Origin: Macrostomum lignano
Taxonomy: Eukaryota
Direction: 5' to 3'
Assembly: GCA_002269645.1 (NCBI GenBank)
Contig: NIVC01003380.1
Location: 9,210 to 73,209, forward strand
Length of the DNA: 64,000 nucleotides
Below are positions 1 through 11,800 of the stretch, one piece after another (position 1 is the first letter of the stretch; each line of letters opens with the position of its first letter). The position numbers and the translations under genes were made by a program. The notes beneath the pieces are model-generated. The model did no database searches, had not been told where the DNA came from, and saw only the letters and a program-made list of their open reading frames with translations.

Positions 1-109
1 AATACTGTTAGCATTCGGCTCTTAAAGAAATAAAAGATTGTACTCTAGACTATAGACAAAAGAAGGGAAGCATTATTGCATTTGCTAAATTAAAAGTCCA
101 TACACAACA
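1..109 (-). repeat. 3' LTR (partial)
   Basis: About 93% identical to 2214-2322; preceded on the minus strand by the PPT at 110-119. Confidence 0.85.
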
Positions 110-127
110 TTCCCCCTTTGTTAATTA

Positions 128-2134
128 TTATCTCAACCGGTCCGGTTTCTGCAATTTGTCTCTGTCCCTTAGTCGTCTAGGTTCTTTAGCCGATGTGTCA
201 GTGCTCTTGCCACGAGTTCCGTCTGAGTCGGTTGTCTGTGGTTCGTCCTGCACGGGCACGCTTTGGGCTGCTGGATTTGAGATGTCCTCACTCTGCATTT
301 GCTCACGAGCCAAGTCAGTCTGATCGTCCTGATGCCTCTTCATGATTGGTGGAATTCGGGTGGGAAGAACGTCTGTCTTGACAATTTGATCAACGTGCCT
401 CTTCCAGATTTGCCCGTTGACCTGCAGTCTGTAAGACATTGGTCCTGTGCGGGTGACCACCTCGGCAGGAATCCATCTGTTCTCTTTCTCCCTTCTGAAA
501 TCAAGCGTCAGAAGTTTTTCTCCCTCCTGGAACTCATGCCTCACTGATTTTCCATCGCGCTTGAGAACAGGAACGATTGGCGATGCGAAATCCGATGCCT
601 TCACCTTCGTGATGATTCCTTGGGCTTGCAAACTCTTGAGCTCGTCCTCAATGAGACCTTTGATTGCAAATGGAACTGGCCGACTTTTGAAATACTTTGG
701 TATTGAATTCTCCTTCAGCACTATATTGGCCTTCAATCCTTCAATGGTTCCCAATGTCTCAGCAAACACTTGCTCATGCCTCCTTACCAATAGATCTATA
801 GGCTGGACTAATGTGGTCACGTTCACACTCGCAAACTTGTCCCAGTCAATCTTGATCTTAGAAAGCCAGTCGCGTTCAAGCTGATTTACTCGTTCTCCTT
901 TGCCATCAGTACAGGCAATTGGTAAAGCCTGACGTTGTGGCTAACCACGTCAATTGTTGCATCACCTAATACTGGGATTGAGTGATCCGTGTAGCTGGAC
1001 AACCTTATGGTAGTCCTTGAAAGCTTCAGGCCAAGTTGCTTGCTGGTCTTCTCGTTGATCAGGGTTTTATCCACACCAGTATCCACTTGAAATCTTACAG
1101 CTTTTCCGTTCAGTTCCAGTTCGCACTCGTATGGTGGAGAAGTGACATGCGCGACCTGTCCAGTCGAGCACACTGTGACTTCAAAGCACCCCTGTGGTGT
1201 CCCTGACTCGTACAGTTTGAGTCCCTGCTGTCTGAGCTGGTTGAACTAGTGCATAGTGCACTCTGCCGTGTCTCTTATGTCTGGACGAGCTGAGTTTCTT
1301 TTGCTTTCCACCTCCGGAATCTTTAGTCCTGTCCTTTGTGCGGCAGGCATCACTTTTATGTCCCACTCGACCGCACTTGCTGCACGTCTTGCTACGGTAG
1401 GGGCAGTTCTTTGCCCAGTGATCTTGTGCATTGCAGCGGAAGTATCCAGATTGATTATTTCTGTTGTTCTTCTCTGACAAGCCGTCTGTCAGATTTTTAC
1501 TGGCTCTTGAAGACTTCACCGCCTGGATTGCACCGGTTGACAAAATTGTCACCACACCTCTTTACGCTGCTTCTATCGCAGTCGCAAGAGTAAGTGCTCC
1601 AGTTAGTGTCAGTGTGTCTTCTTGCAACAGACGCTGCTGTGTCAGGCGATTCCTTAGGCCGACAACGAACCTGTCTCTCAGTGCCTCGTCCAAGAATTCA
1701 TTAAAACCACACGTGGCAGCCAACTTCCGCAGACTTGCGATGAAATTGCTCACATTTTCTCCTTCATGTTGGGCTCTGCTATGGAAGTTGAATCTCTCGA
1801 CAACGATCTTAGGCCTTGGGTTAAAATGCTCCCCCAGGGCCTTGACTTGATCGTCGAAGTTCACATCCTTGGGCTTCTTTGGTGACAGCAGGTTGCGGAG
1901 CAATTGATAGCAGTCATTACTAATCACTGTAATCATATTTTCTGACTTATGTGCCTCCTCGGTCACTTTGTTTACGACGAGAAACTGCTCGAGTTGTTCT
2001 TTATAAGCTTCCCATTGCTCCGGTTTAGCCACGTCGAACTCTCCGATTTTTACACTCGTCGCCATTGTTATGTCCTTTTCTTCTGCTTCTATACCGCCTA
2101 TTGCCTCCAGGCTACCATCTGACATCAAAGTCAA
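128..2134 (-). pseudogene. gag-protease-pol remnant of the LTR element
   Basis: Gag N-terminus (IGEFD...WEAYKEQLEQF) and two CCHC knuckles (CFRCNAQDHWAKNC, CSKCGRVGHKSDAC). Aspartic protease FQVDTG. RT start (RPVPFA...SPIVPVLKRDG) is joined directly to the post-integrase tail (RWIPAEV...GPMSY...KRHVDQI). In-frame TAA near 1562 and frameshifts near 1180 and 885. Confidence 0.88.
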
Positions 2135-2213
2135 GTCGAAGCATTATTTAAAATACGAGCTGTTCACAAGCTTTATTTGCCTCTAGCCAGCGCACGTCTT
2201 GCTTGCCCTTTGT

Positions 2214-2322
2214 AATACTGTTAACCTTCGGCTCTTAAAGAAATAAAAGATTGTACCCTAGACTATAGACAAAAGAAGGGAAGCATTAGTGCGTTTGCTA
2301 AACCAAAAGTCCATGCACAACA
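2214..2322 (-). repeat. 5' LTR (aligned portion; inner boundary uncertain, may extend to about 2120)
   Basis: Direct repeat of 1-109, TG start on the minus strand. AATAAA near 2175 and a TGGTAGC PBS-like motif near 2115 suggest the LTR is longer than the aligned part. Confidence 0.75.
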
Positions 2323-2850
2323 GGCGCGACGGTGGGTTAGAGCCTGATGTCCAAGGCCAAGTCAAAAAAGTCCAATGTGAAGACCCAAAACCCAGAGACT
2401 TGGACCTTTGGCTTCTCATAATGCTAAAGTCAGGAAAGTCGTTCAGGAGTCAGTTGAACGAAAAAGCTGTATACGCCTTGTTTTACAGCAAGCCACAGGT
2501 ATTTGAGCATGCTGGAAAGGCAGCATGCTTGTTGTTGGACTACACTTTGCATCGTGGCGGGTGCGGCACAGATGATACAGTGTACCTATATGGCTTATTT
2601 CAAACCATTAGTTGTATTGTTAATATTGGTTTCAGTTATGTAAAAATTGTATGCATAATTCATTTTTTCACAGGCAATTATTAAGTCATTTTAAGTGACA
2701 ATGTGCTCCCAGCAGATGCCTAGCTGTCAGAATAACGAGACGCTGCAAATGCGCAAAGTTACAATGGATGGTGCCACCTATCGGGACTAATCCATATAAG
2801 CAGCTACGAGTACTTGATCGAGCTGGTAAGCTATATTACAGCGGCGACCA
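2323..2850 (+). pseudogene. Diverged 3' remnant of a hAT-like transposase, paralog of 8807-13064
   Basis: QGQVKKV...LNEKAVYALFYSKPQVFEHAGKAACLLLDYTLHRGG matches QGRIIKV...LNESAVYAAFYKDPRVYSRAGQATCLLLDFALHRGG in ORF 12115-12657. The next segment (NETLQMR-KLQWMVPPIGT...RAGKLYYSGD, frameshifted) matches the last exon at 12719-13064. Confidence 0.8.
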
Positions 2851-3955
2851 ATCTTGTGGCCTATGGTAGTATCATGCCCTTGTCCTCTTTGCAAACATCT
2901 CGTGCCATACTACTATTAGAAACTGTTAGAAACTGATATGATACCAGTAGAAAAAAGTAAAAGTACATACAAAAGTACATTAACTATCAATAGGAGAACC
3001 TATGCTAGGTATTACCCTAGCACAACTTGGTGACAGTTGTAGGACATTTATTAGTAAGAGCAATTAGCATTGTTATAACATTTATGACATTGATAGTGAG
3101 AGTGCATTAATAATAGTATAATACTATATAATAGTTCTAATAGTTTACTTATTTTTATGCTTCTTAGAAAACTCTATTTAAAATACACACTAAAAAACAA
3201 ATCATTTATCTTTTGTTTAAATGTTGTGAGTTATAAAAATATTTGTCACAAATATTTTTTGTTTGAAAAAATAAGAAATCTTAGACTTAAGTATAAATAG
3301 GAGCCTAGAAGAGGCCAAGAAAAATAAATTGTGTTAACTTGTTTCCTTCGTATTACAGTTCTGCAAGCTAAATAACTTGCTCTGAATATATTTGCTAGAT
3401 TGCAGTATTCAAAAAGCCTTACTCATTTTCTAGAGTATTAAGCCCCTCATTGGGAGTATCAGAAACTGCTAAGAGCGAGAATTGCCTCAGGGAAAGAAAG
3501 CACTATAGAGTTGTAAGATCGCCTCAGGGCAGGAAAAGTGCCTCAGGGAAGGAAAAGCACCTCAGCTCAGGATGGAATTCTTGCTCGGGGGTAGGAAAAT
3601 GCGCGCGCATATTTTTGGAGCAGCGCGCAAGTGCGCACGCCCCATAATCAGGAAGGTGGCACAGTGTGCGCCGGAATAATTTTTGGGACGATTTGTGCGC
3701 TGTCTATGCGCCATTTGTGCGCTGTCTGTGCGCCACTCTTCACGAGTAGAGTTTTCTAAGAAAGGCCTTCATACGAAAAGCCTTTTTAAAATTTTACACA
3801 ATAATTTCATTTTAAACAAACTTAAACTATACCTACAATTGGAGTAATGCAAAATTGACATCCTTAGCGATAATTTATACTAATTTTATTTACTATTAAT
3901 TTTAAAGAAGCAAAAAGTTTACCACTGACTTTCTAGACTATACAAATCTCCTTTA

Positions 3956-4330
3956 TCTCTACATATAAATCAAAACTCTGTCTGTGTGTGTGTGTGTGTG
4001 TGTCTGTGTACAAATTTGATCGCTATGGACTCCCAAACCACTCAACCAAATTACACCAAACTTTACACCCACCCTAAACTTACTACCGAGAATGTCTTAG
4101 GCTACCTTTAAATTTCCTAGACTCAAGTCTTCCTGCCTAAAAGTACAAAAAACTGCTCAAAATGCGCAATTTTTTCACTTAATCCTCCATGGCGCCGCTC
4201 CACTTCTACCAATTCTCTTCAAATTTGACACAGATAATCTTAAACTATTTTGGCACAATCATGTAAAAATTGTAAAAGTTAATCCTGAGCGGTGTTGTGC
4301 ACTTTTAAAGTTAGGCTGTTTTTTCAGCGA
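3956..4330 (+). mobile_element. Helitron/DINE-like non-autonomous repeat with (TG)n microsatellite
   Basis: A|TC start followed by tctctacatataaat...ctgtctgt(gt)n...aaccaaattacaccaaacttt, which resembles the 5' layout of invertebrate Helitron-N/DINE elements. No 3' end was located. Confidence 0.35.
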
Positions 4331-4879
4331 GACAGCCACCCCAACCTCCGCCCGCCTGCCTCTCTTTCCCGATCTGGGCCCAGATGTGTAAAAGGGTTTT
4401 AAAATTGACTAACTTTCAGCTGCTATAAGTTTGCTCCACGTGAAGCGATTGATTTCTAACTTAACACAATTCTTCTTTGATTCATTCTGTCTAAATGTAA
4501 AGTCTCAACTCTGTATCTCAAACAGGACGCAAACTGTAAGCATGTGAAGTTTGTCTGCTTTTTCTGTTGTTTGTGCCGCTCTTTCACTCATTCCCCCAGC
4601 TCAGACGAAGGGTCAGGCGATAGGGCTCAATGTACAGTGTTTTGGAATAACTTTTTAATAGCCTTCTCTGTACCCCCGCGAGTGGAGAGGCGTGTGGGAA
4701 GGAGAGAGTTTAGCGAGAGATTCAAACTACTGTACTCTGTATAGACAAGTCGCAGCAGTTAAACAAGGATGGCAAATCAAGGCTATGTGGGATGGTTTGT
4801 AAAAATAGCGAAAAATTAATGAATAAACTAATTACAATGCAATCCTACTAAATTAGTTACACCATGAAAATTTTAACAT

Positions 4880-6110
4880 TATATGAGTGAGGAGAAGTGA
4901 GTGAGGAGAGAGAAGAGGAAAGAGGAGAATGAAGAGGGGAGCGAGTAGAAAGGAGAGAGTAGATCAGCGAGTAGAGGAGCGAGTGGAGAGGAGAGAGTAG
5001 ATGAGCGAGTAGAGAGGAGAGAGTAGAGAGTAGAGTAGCGAGTGGAGAGGAGAGAGTAGAGGAGCGAGTAGAGAGGAAAGAGTAGAGAGTAGAGTAGCGA
5101 GTGGAGAGGAGAGAGTAGAGGAGCGAGTAGAGAGGAGAGAGTAGAGTAGCGAGTGGAGAGGAGAGAGTAGAGGAGCGAGTAGAGAGGAGAGAGTAGAGAG
5201 GAGCGAGTAGAGAGGAGCGAGTAGAGAGGAGAGTAGAGGAGCGAGTAGAGAGGAGAGAGTAGAGAGCTGCAGATGAGAGGAGAGCAGAGAGAAGAGCAGA
5301 GAGGAGTTAGTAAAGAGGAGAAATGAGAGATAAAGGAGGGAAGTGGAGAGAGAAGAGACGAGACAAGAGAGGGAGAGAGTATATAGAAGAGGGAAGAGAA
5401 GAGAAGATAAGAAAGAAGAAAGGAAAGTGAGGAGACAAAAGAGGTGAAAGAAAAGAGTACATAGGACAGAATGAGAGAACATATAAGACAGTAAAGATGA
5501 CAGATGAAAGAGGGGGGTGAGCTGAGAGCAGAGACGAAAATGAACAGACGAGAGATGGGAGAGAACAGAGAACAGATGAGAGATAAGAGAGAAGAGATTA
5601 TAGAGACGAGAGGAGAGACAAAGGGAGAGAGAAGTGAGTGAGGCGAGAGGAGAGAAAAGAGAATGGAAGGGAGAGAGTAGAGAGGAGAAGAAAGATAAGA
5701 GAGGAGAGATAAGAGAGAGGGGGGAAGCAGACAGAGAGGGGGGAAGCAGAGAGAGAGGGGGGAAGCAGAGAGGGGGGAAGCAGAGAGGGGGGAAGCAGAG
5801 AGAGAGGGAGGAAGCAGAGAGAAATGAAAAGAGATAAAAGAGAAGAGAAAGGAGAGATCAGAGAGCAAATAAAGACGAGAGAGAAGAGAGGTGAAGAAAA
5901 AGACAAGAGAAGAGTGGGAGGAGAGGAAAGAGAAAAGAAGAGAAAAGAGATGAGATAAGAGAGATGAAAAAGAAGAGAAATGAGGGAAGATACGAGAGAA
6001 GAGGGGAGAGAGGAGAGAGGAAAAAAGAGAAGAGAGGAGAGGAGAGAGAGCTCAGAGAGGAGAGACGAGGGACGAGAGAGAAGAGAGGAAACAGAAGAGA
6101 AGATAGAAGT
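4880..6110. repeat. Purine-rich (GA) low-complexity region with short tandem units
   Basis: Repeated gagcgagtagagaggagagtagag-type units at about 4965-5270 and gggggaagcagaga units at about 5720-5820. Confidence 0.9.
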
Positions 6111-6644
6111 TTCAAAGGATCCAATGGATGTAGGGAGAGTCAGAAGCAGAGGCCAGAGTTTGCCAATACATGTTTTAGAGTCAGACAGACATTAATTGCC
6201 TATTTAAAGTAAAAAGCACCCCAGCCAACAATATCAATGTTTGCCTCAAATTCTAAATGTACGCGAATGTACTCCATTTTGTTTACCTCTATCTTACTAA
6301 CTAACTATTAACAAGTTTTTGTTTCAGTATGGGCTCAGTTTCAGCTCAGATTTCAGATTTCTCAGATTGGAATTCCCTGGGTTCAAATTCTGCGGGTTTC
6401 AACAGCGTGTTTTACATAAAATTGTTAATTTGCATTACAATTTTCATGCATGTCAGGGACCTTATGCGCCGCAATTATGCGCTGCATGCGCTAGGGACCT
6501 CAGTGTGTGCCATGATTGAGCGCTGCATGCGCCAGGGACTTCAGTGTGCGCCATGATTGTGTGCCAAGGACCCCTTGTGTATGCCAGAATTTTCCATGGC
6601 AAAGGCCACCTTCCTGACTATGGCGCATGCCAGTTGTAAAAAAG

Positions 6645-6863
6645 TCATGATGCAGGTCATGGCAGGCCCATGCACTAAAAATTAAAATTTCTAGTTTTTC
6701 AATTCTAACGCCGACATAAATTAGAAAGTTGTACTTTAAGTGTAAAATAGCTTGAACAAAAGTTTTACTAAACTTTTAAGTAACTGTTTTTGCTAAAAAC
6801 TATTATTATTTGTTTTACTTTTGTTTAAAATTTTCCGGCGTAAAAACATCTTCTGGACTATGA
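6645..6863. mobile_element. Degenerate MITE related to element C (13441-13900), inverted
   Basis: gtcatggcagg...ttttcaattctaacgccgacataaa matches the reverse complement of the right end of element C. A decayed right TIR catcttctggactatga is present, and the 8-bp flanks match 6/8. Confidence 0.45.
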
Positions 6864-8806
6864 AAAATAAGAGAATTTGAGCACGTATACACTACATGGC
6901 ACATAACCATGTTGAATACATATAAAAGTCAAATCCTATCTGTGATTTTGTGGCAAACAGCTAGCTTCTTTGCAAGCGCATACGATGGACCATAGTCAGG
7001 AAGGTGTCCGTACGCCGGAATTTTCCGGCGTACATCAGCCCCCCCCCCAAAAAAATGGCGTACAGTTTCGCGTACACGCGGTCCGAAAAATGGCGTACAG
7101 AGTTCTTGGCGTACACAACACAGTTTTCGCATGCAAAAATCTGTCCAAAAATCGGCCTACAATATTTGCATGTGATTGGCGTAAGAACAAACGTTTAAAA
7201 AACCTGCAAACAACCCAATTACTTCGACAAAGTATTGTATATCGTTCAATTTTAGTGAATTGGTAAATCTATTTTCATCTTTAAAACGCTGAAATTACGT
7301 AAATTTTGAATCTAATTTATTGTTAACAAAACTTTACTAAAGTTTTGTGTAAGTCAGTTATTTATTTTAACTTATTAACTAATTCTGTACAATAATTACT
7401 TTAGTATTTTAGATTTCTTCACGTTACAACAGATGACATACAGGTAAGTTAAGATTTAAGTTGCAAATTTCGCGCATTTGCAGTTTTATTTTATTACATT
7501 TGTTAGCAATTTCGTCGTCGAGTTCGTCTTCTTCAAGTTCGTTCTTCAGACCATTCAAATTGATCTGTTCTCTCTCCTGGATTTTTGCAACTATTATTAT
7601 TGTATTTGTATATACTAATATACTGATTGCTTCGCTTGTTGTCTTGACTTGTGTTGTGTTATTGTGTAACTTGTGTGTAACTTTGTAAGCACAATCGAAT
7701 CCACAAGGAAGGAAGTGAAATATAAATATTCAGTGTTGACTCGACTGTGTTGTCGTGTTGATATAGCCAGGCTCATCGGCTCAGAAACTTTAACCATACC
7801 ATTGCAAGTTGCAACACCAATGGAAACTAGTGACACTGTCACTGTCACTGACACTGACACTGAGGACGAGGTCGAGGAGATGGAAGTTTCTTCTGATAAT
7901 GTCAATGCTATTGATAAAGCTTTGGATTCAACTTCAAGCTCACTTAGCTCAGCTATTGATTCTAGTAAGTGTGGCCTGTTGCTGTTGAGCCTGGCTGCCT
8001 GTTTGCTAATTGCCTGTTTTCAATCTTCTTTTCTTATCTTTTATTATAAATTATAAGTTCTGAAGAAAATAAATTTTAGACAGAATATTAAACATTGAGC
8101 TAGGGACCAATATGAATAGCCTTGATTCTCAAATTTTGCTTTTAAATATATTATGCTAATCAGCTAATGCAGCCATGCCCATAGCATACATGATACATAC
8201 AGTACAGGCTACAGGCTACAGCCTTGCCTATACTTTTGTTAACATTGACAAGTCTAGTCATTAAGTCTTAAGTCTAGTCATTCATTCATGATGATTCATG
8301 TTATTGTTATTGATTGTCAGATTCCGACAAGTAGGCCAGTTTTTATCCAATCCAAATCCAATATATGTATATGTTCTATTTTAGTGTAGTGTAGTCAAAC
8401 ATCAATAAGTATAAAGTATGTATATTGTTTAATTTCACATTCTATTATTTACATGAGATCTGACTCTGACTCATACATTGATTTGATAGTGATTGATAGG
8501 TGATAGCTGATACTGCCATACTCATACTTAACTTTATTTTATTGTTGACTTATTATAAATTTTTGACTTACTTTTCTTAGACAATACAGTTAGTTAATTA
8601 GTTTTGTATATATGTAGCAATGCAATCCAAAGCTGTAGGCTGTGCCTGTAGGTAGAATGTATGTAGCATTCAAAATCAGAGTCATCAGACCAAGACCATT
8701 TTCATTATTACCATATTATATTAATCCCCGCCCTTTCTATCTATTCTATAGCAACATTATTTTAAACCCCTTAAGTAGCCCCAATAAAACCCTTTCACTA
8801 AAACAG

Positions 8807-11800
8807 GTTTTTCGGCTGCTTCTACTTCATCAAAGGCAGCTGGTCCTAAGACAGGTCTTAAAGAAGGCTGGGGATTTTTTGCAACCCCAAATCAGCTGCA
8901 GCCTATTTCTAATTCTAACAATCGCAAGCGAAAGTCTGTTAGTAATTCTGGCCCAAGTCAGTTAGAAGCCAAGCAACCCAAAAGAGTAATTGCACAGGAT
9001 GTGCACTACTGTTTGTCCTGCTTAAGGGCTGGTCGAAATTTGCGAAACTGCCGAACAGTCCGTGGTCTTCCACATGATCTTAATCGGCACTGTAAGAGTC
9101 AACACCAGGGGCGCAAAGGTGTTGGACATGCACCTCCTGATTTCGCTCGAAGAGATAACCAGGAGGTTCGAAGGCTGTTGAATGAGCGTGCCCTGCAAAA
9201 TGTAGCTACTGTGGAAGACGAAGAGGACGACTTGAGTGCTGAGGTTGATCAGTCTGAACAGCAGCAGCAGCAGTCATCCGATCAGCAGCAGTCATCCGAT
9301 CAGCAGCAGTCATCCGATCAGCAGCAGTCATCCGATCAGCAGCAGTCATCCGATCAGCAGCAGTCATCCGATCAGCAGCAGTCATCCGATCAGCAGCAGT
9401 CATCTGATCAGCAGCAGTCATCCGATCAGCAGCAGTCATCCGATCAGCAGCAGTCATCCGATCAGCAGCAGTCATCCGATCAGCAGCAGTCATCCGATCA
9501 GCAGCAGTCATCCGATCAGCAGCAGTCATCCAATCAGCAGCAGTCATCCGATCAGCAGCAGTCATCCGATCAGCAGCAGTCATCCGGTCAGCAGCAGTCA
9601 TCCGGTCAGCAGCAGTCATCTGGTCAGCAGCAGTCATCCGGTCAGCAGCAGCAGACAGACCTGCAGTGTCGTCTACAGTTGCGACTCGAAGCTGTTGATT
9701 CAGCACCAGCTCCAGAAAACATGGCTAAGAAGATCACTGCTCTGCAAAAGGCGTTCGAGTCACAGACGCAGGAGATTGTGCAGATGAAAAAACTGCTTGA
9801 AAATATATCCGTCAATGCTGTTGCTACATCTAAATGTAGTAAGGGCAGCAATCAAGAAAATAAGTCCAAAATCGACCTCGGCAACGATGATGTGGCGGCC
9901 ACAAATAGTTTCGCTGAGTTACTGCAGTTTGAGTTTTGTTCGCTCAAGTCGTGCGAGAATGGTGACTCGATTTTTAACTGCGTTCCCTGTGTCACGTTCC
10001 TCTGCAAGTCGAAACTGATGCCTACCAACTGTACAGCCGAGCAAATCTACAGCATTCTGTAAGTCGAATGTTTTTTATATGTACTGTATGTAGAGTCCGT
10101 TTAGACGGGATAGTCTTAAAGAAGTACTTAAGGTGTTAATGTACTGAGCTTTTCACTTTTCCAGGAACCCCACCACCACTGAAAAGAATAAGTCCTTCAG
10201 CAGAGGGCTACGACTTTCAGCCGAACGAGTCGCAGGTTTGCTAAGTGGTGTGGACGAGTTCTCCAAATTTCGCAATGAACTCGTAAACCACTGTTCGACA
10301 AGCAAGACCCACTATTCGGCTGTGAAGGACTACCGAACCGAAGTCGTACAACAGACGGCACAAGGCAAGGTTGTGCGCACCCTTCTCCGCTGTGCTATTG
10401 CGACAATTGAAATGGCTGCTGCGGGTTCGCATTACGAGACTCTAATGAGTCTGCTCGATGCGTCTGATTGTGAAGTTGGTCAGATTGGCCATGGCTTGTA
10501 AGTTTACCTGCAAACATATCTATAAATAATTTTATTTAAATGCAATCAGATATACTTAATAAATAATAACTTTGTCATTTCACCTACCCTCCCTCCTTAC
10601 AAAGTGCATTCTGCAAAGAACTTTGGAAGTTATTAGACGCCTGCGTAAACGACGAAAGTGCAGAGTTTCTGCGGTGTCCTCTGCCTTCGACTGGACAGCC
10701 GCCTCTGCTGACCATCACCTGCGACAAAAGCACCCCAGGCCGCACAACGAATCAGGCGGCACTCCTTCTAGCTCGCTGCGAAAATGGCGAAGCCGTAGCG
10801 ATTCCTGCGGGTGCACCTGCTGTGTACGACTCTGCAATGCAAGCAGATGGGGAAGCCCTGGCCAAAAGACTAATGCAGACACTTAAGGTAACCGTCACTA
10901 ACGTATTATTTTTTGGACGATTGAAGGGATTCTAACAGTTTTAAACTTTAAATTAGACGAGTGCTTAATTTCATCATTTTGAATCTATCAGGTGTTGAAG
11001 ACGCCCACTGCAAGCATCATGGGTATCGTCGCTGATGGCCAGTACCAAGCTGGCACATTCTGCCGCGCTATTCGGACCGAGCTCGGGGCCCCTGTCGATG
11101 ACGTCGAAAAGATTCCTGTGATGTGGGATGCGGCACACTACTTGAATCTGGCCGTCACTGATGTTCGCGATGGACCTGATGGGGAGTCATTGCGCCGGTT
11201 TATAAAGCGAGCGAATTTTTTTGCTACCTATTTCAGCCATGGTCGTGGTGAGGCAGCACTGAAAGAGGCGTCAGACGGTTCAGCTCGAGCGATGTCGCAT
11301 TTCGCAGCCCAGCGTTTCACGAGCTCTGCAATCAAGTAAGTACCAGCTATTATCAATAAATAGTCTAATAAAAATGGTGATGAAAAGCGTAAATAAAAAT
11401 TTATTTAATGTCCTCCCACTACGCTTCTTTTTTTAGACAGTGGTCCGCCATTGAGGCAAGTTACGCCGCTCTGCACACCGCATTTCGAGCAGAAAATCCG
11501 TGCTGCTCTGATGACGAAGAGTCGCAATATGCAATGTTCGGAAGCGACTTCGTTTTTGACTTGCTGTGCCTGCAGGACCTTTTTGGTCCACTAGTCTCCC
11601 TGATGGAAGTGGCTCAGAACCTCCAGTTGCCTCACTGGAAGGTTTCCGTGCTGGCCGATCGGGTAGCGAAGCATTTTGCTGATCACTCAGAGGTTTTCCG
11701 AGTTGAGGATTACCCACGACTGCAGGTAAATGATTTGGGCCTATATGTAAGGGCTTAAACTATATTTAAAGGGCTTAAATTTGCGCATTCATTTCTTTCC

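Larger units (their letters stand above)
1..2322 (-). mobile_element. Gypsy/Ty3-type LTR retrotransposon, internally deleted and degenerate; 3' LTR runs off the window start
   Basis: Direct repeats 1-109 and 2214-2322 differ at about 8 of 109 positions, and both begin TGTTGTG on the minus strand. A polypurine tract (AAAGGGGGAA) abuts the 3' LTR. Gag, protease and pol remnants lie between the repeats. Confidence 0.9.
3642..6623. mobile_element. Non-autonomous DNA transposon of the CCATAG-TIR family (element A)
   Basis: TIRs CCATAATCAGGAAGGTGGC / GCCACCTTCCTGACTATGG; 8-bp TSD CGCACGCC / CGCATGCC (1 mismatch). Confidence 0.85.

Noticed and set aside
4879-6212. Long L/S/P-rich and R/E/G-rich ORFs
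   Set aside because: Artefacts of the GA low-complexity tract, which lacks stop codons in several frames.
9206-9787. MTAADR- and SSSHPI-repeat ORFs
   Set aside because: Alternative frames of the 18-bp repeat; only the QQQSSD frame continues into transposase motifs.
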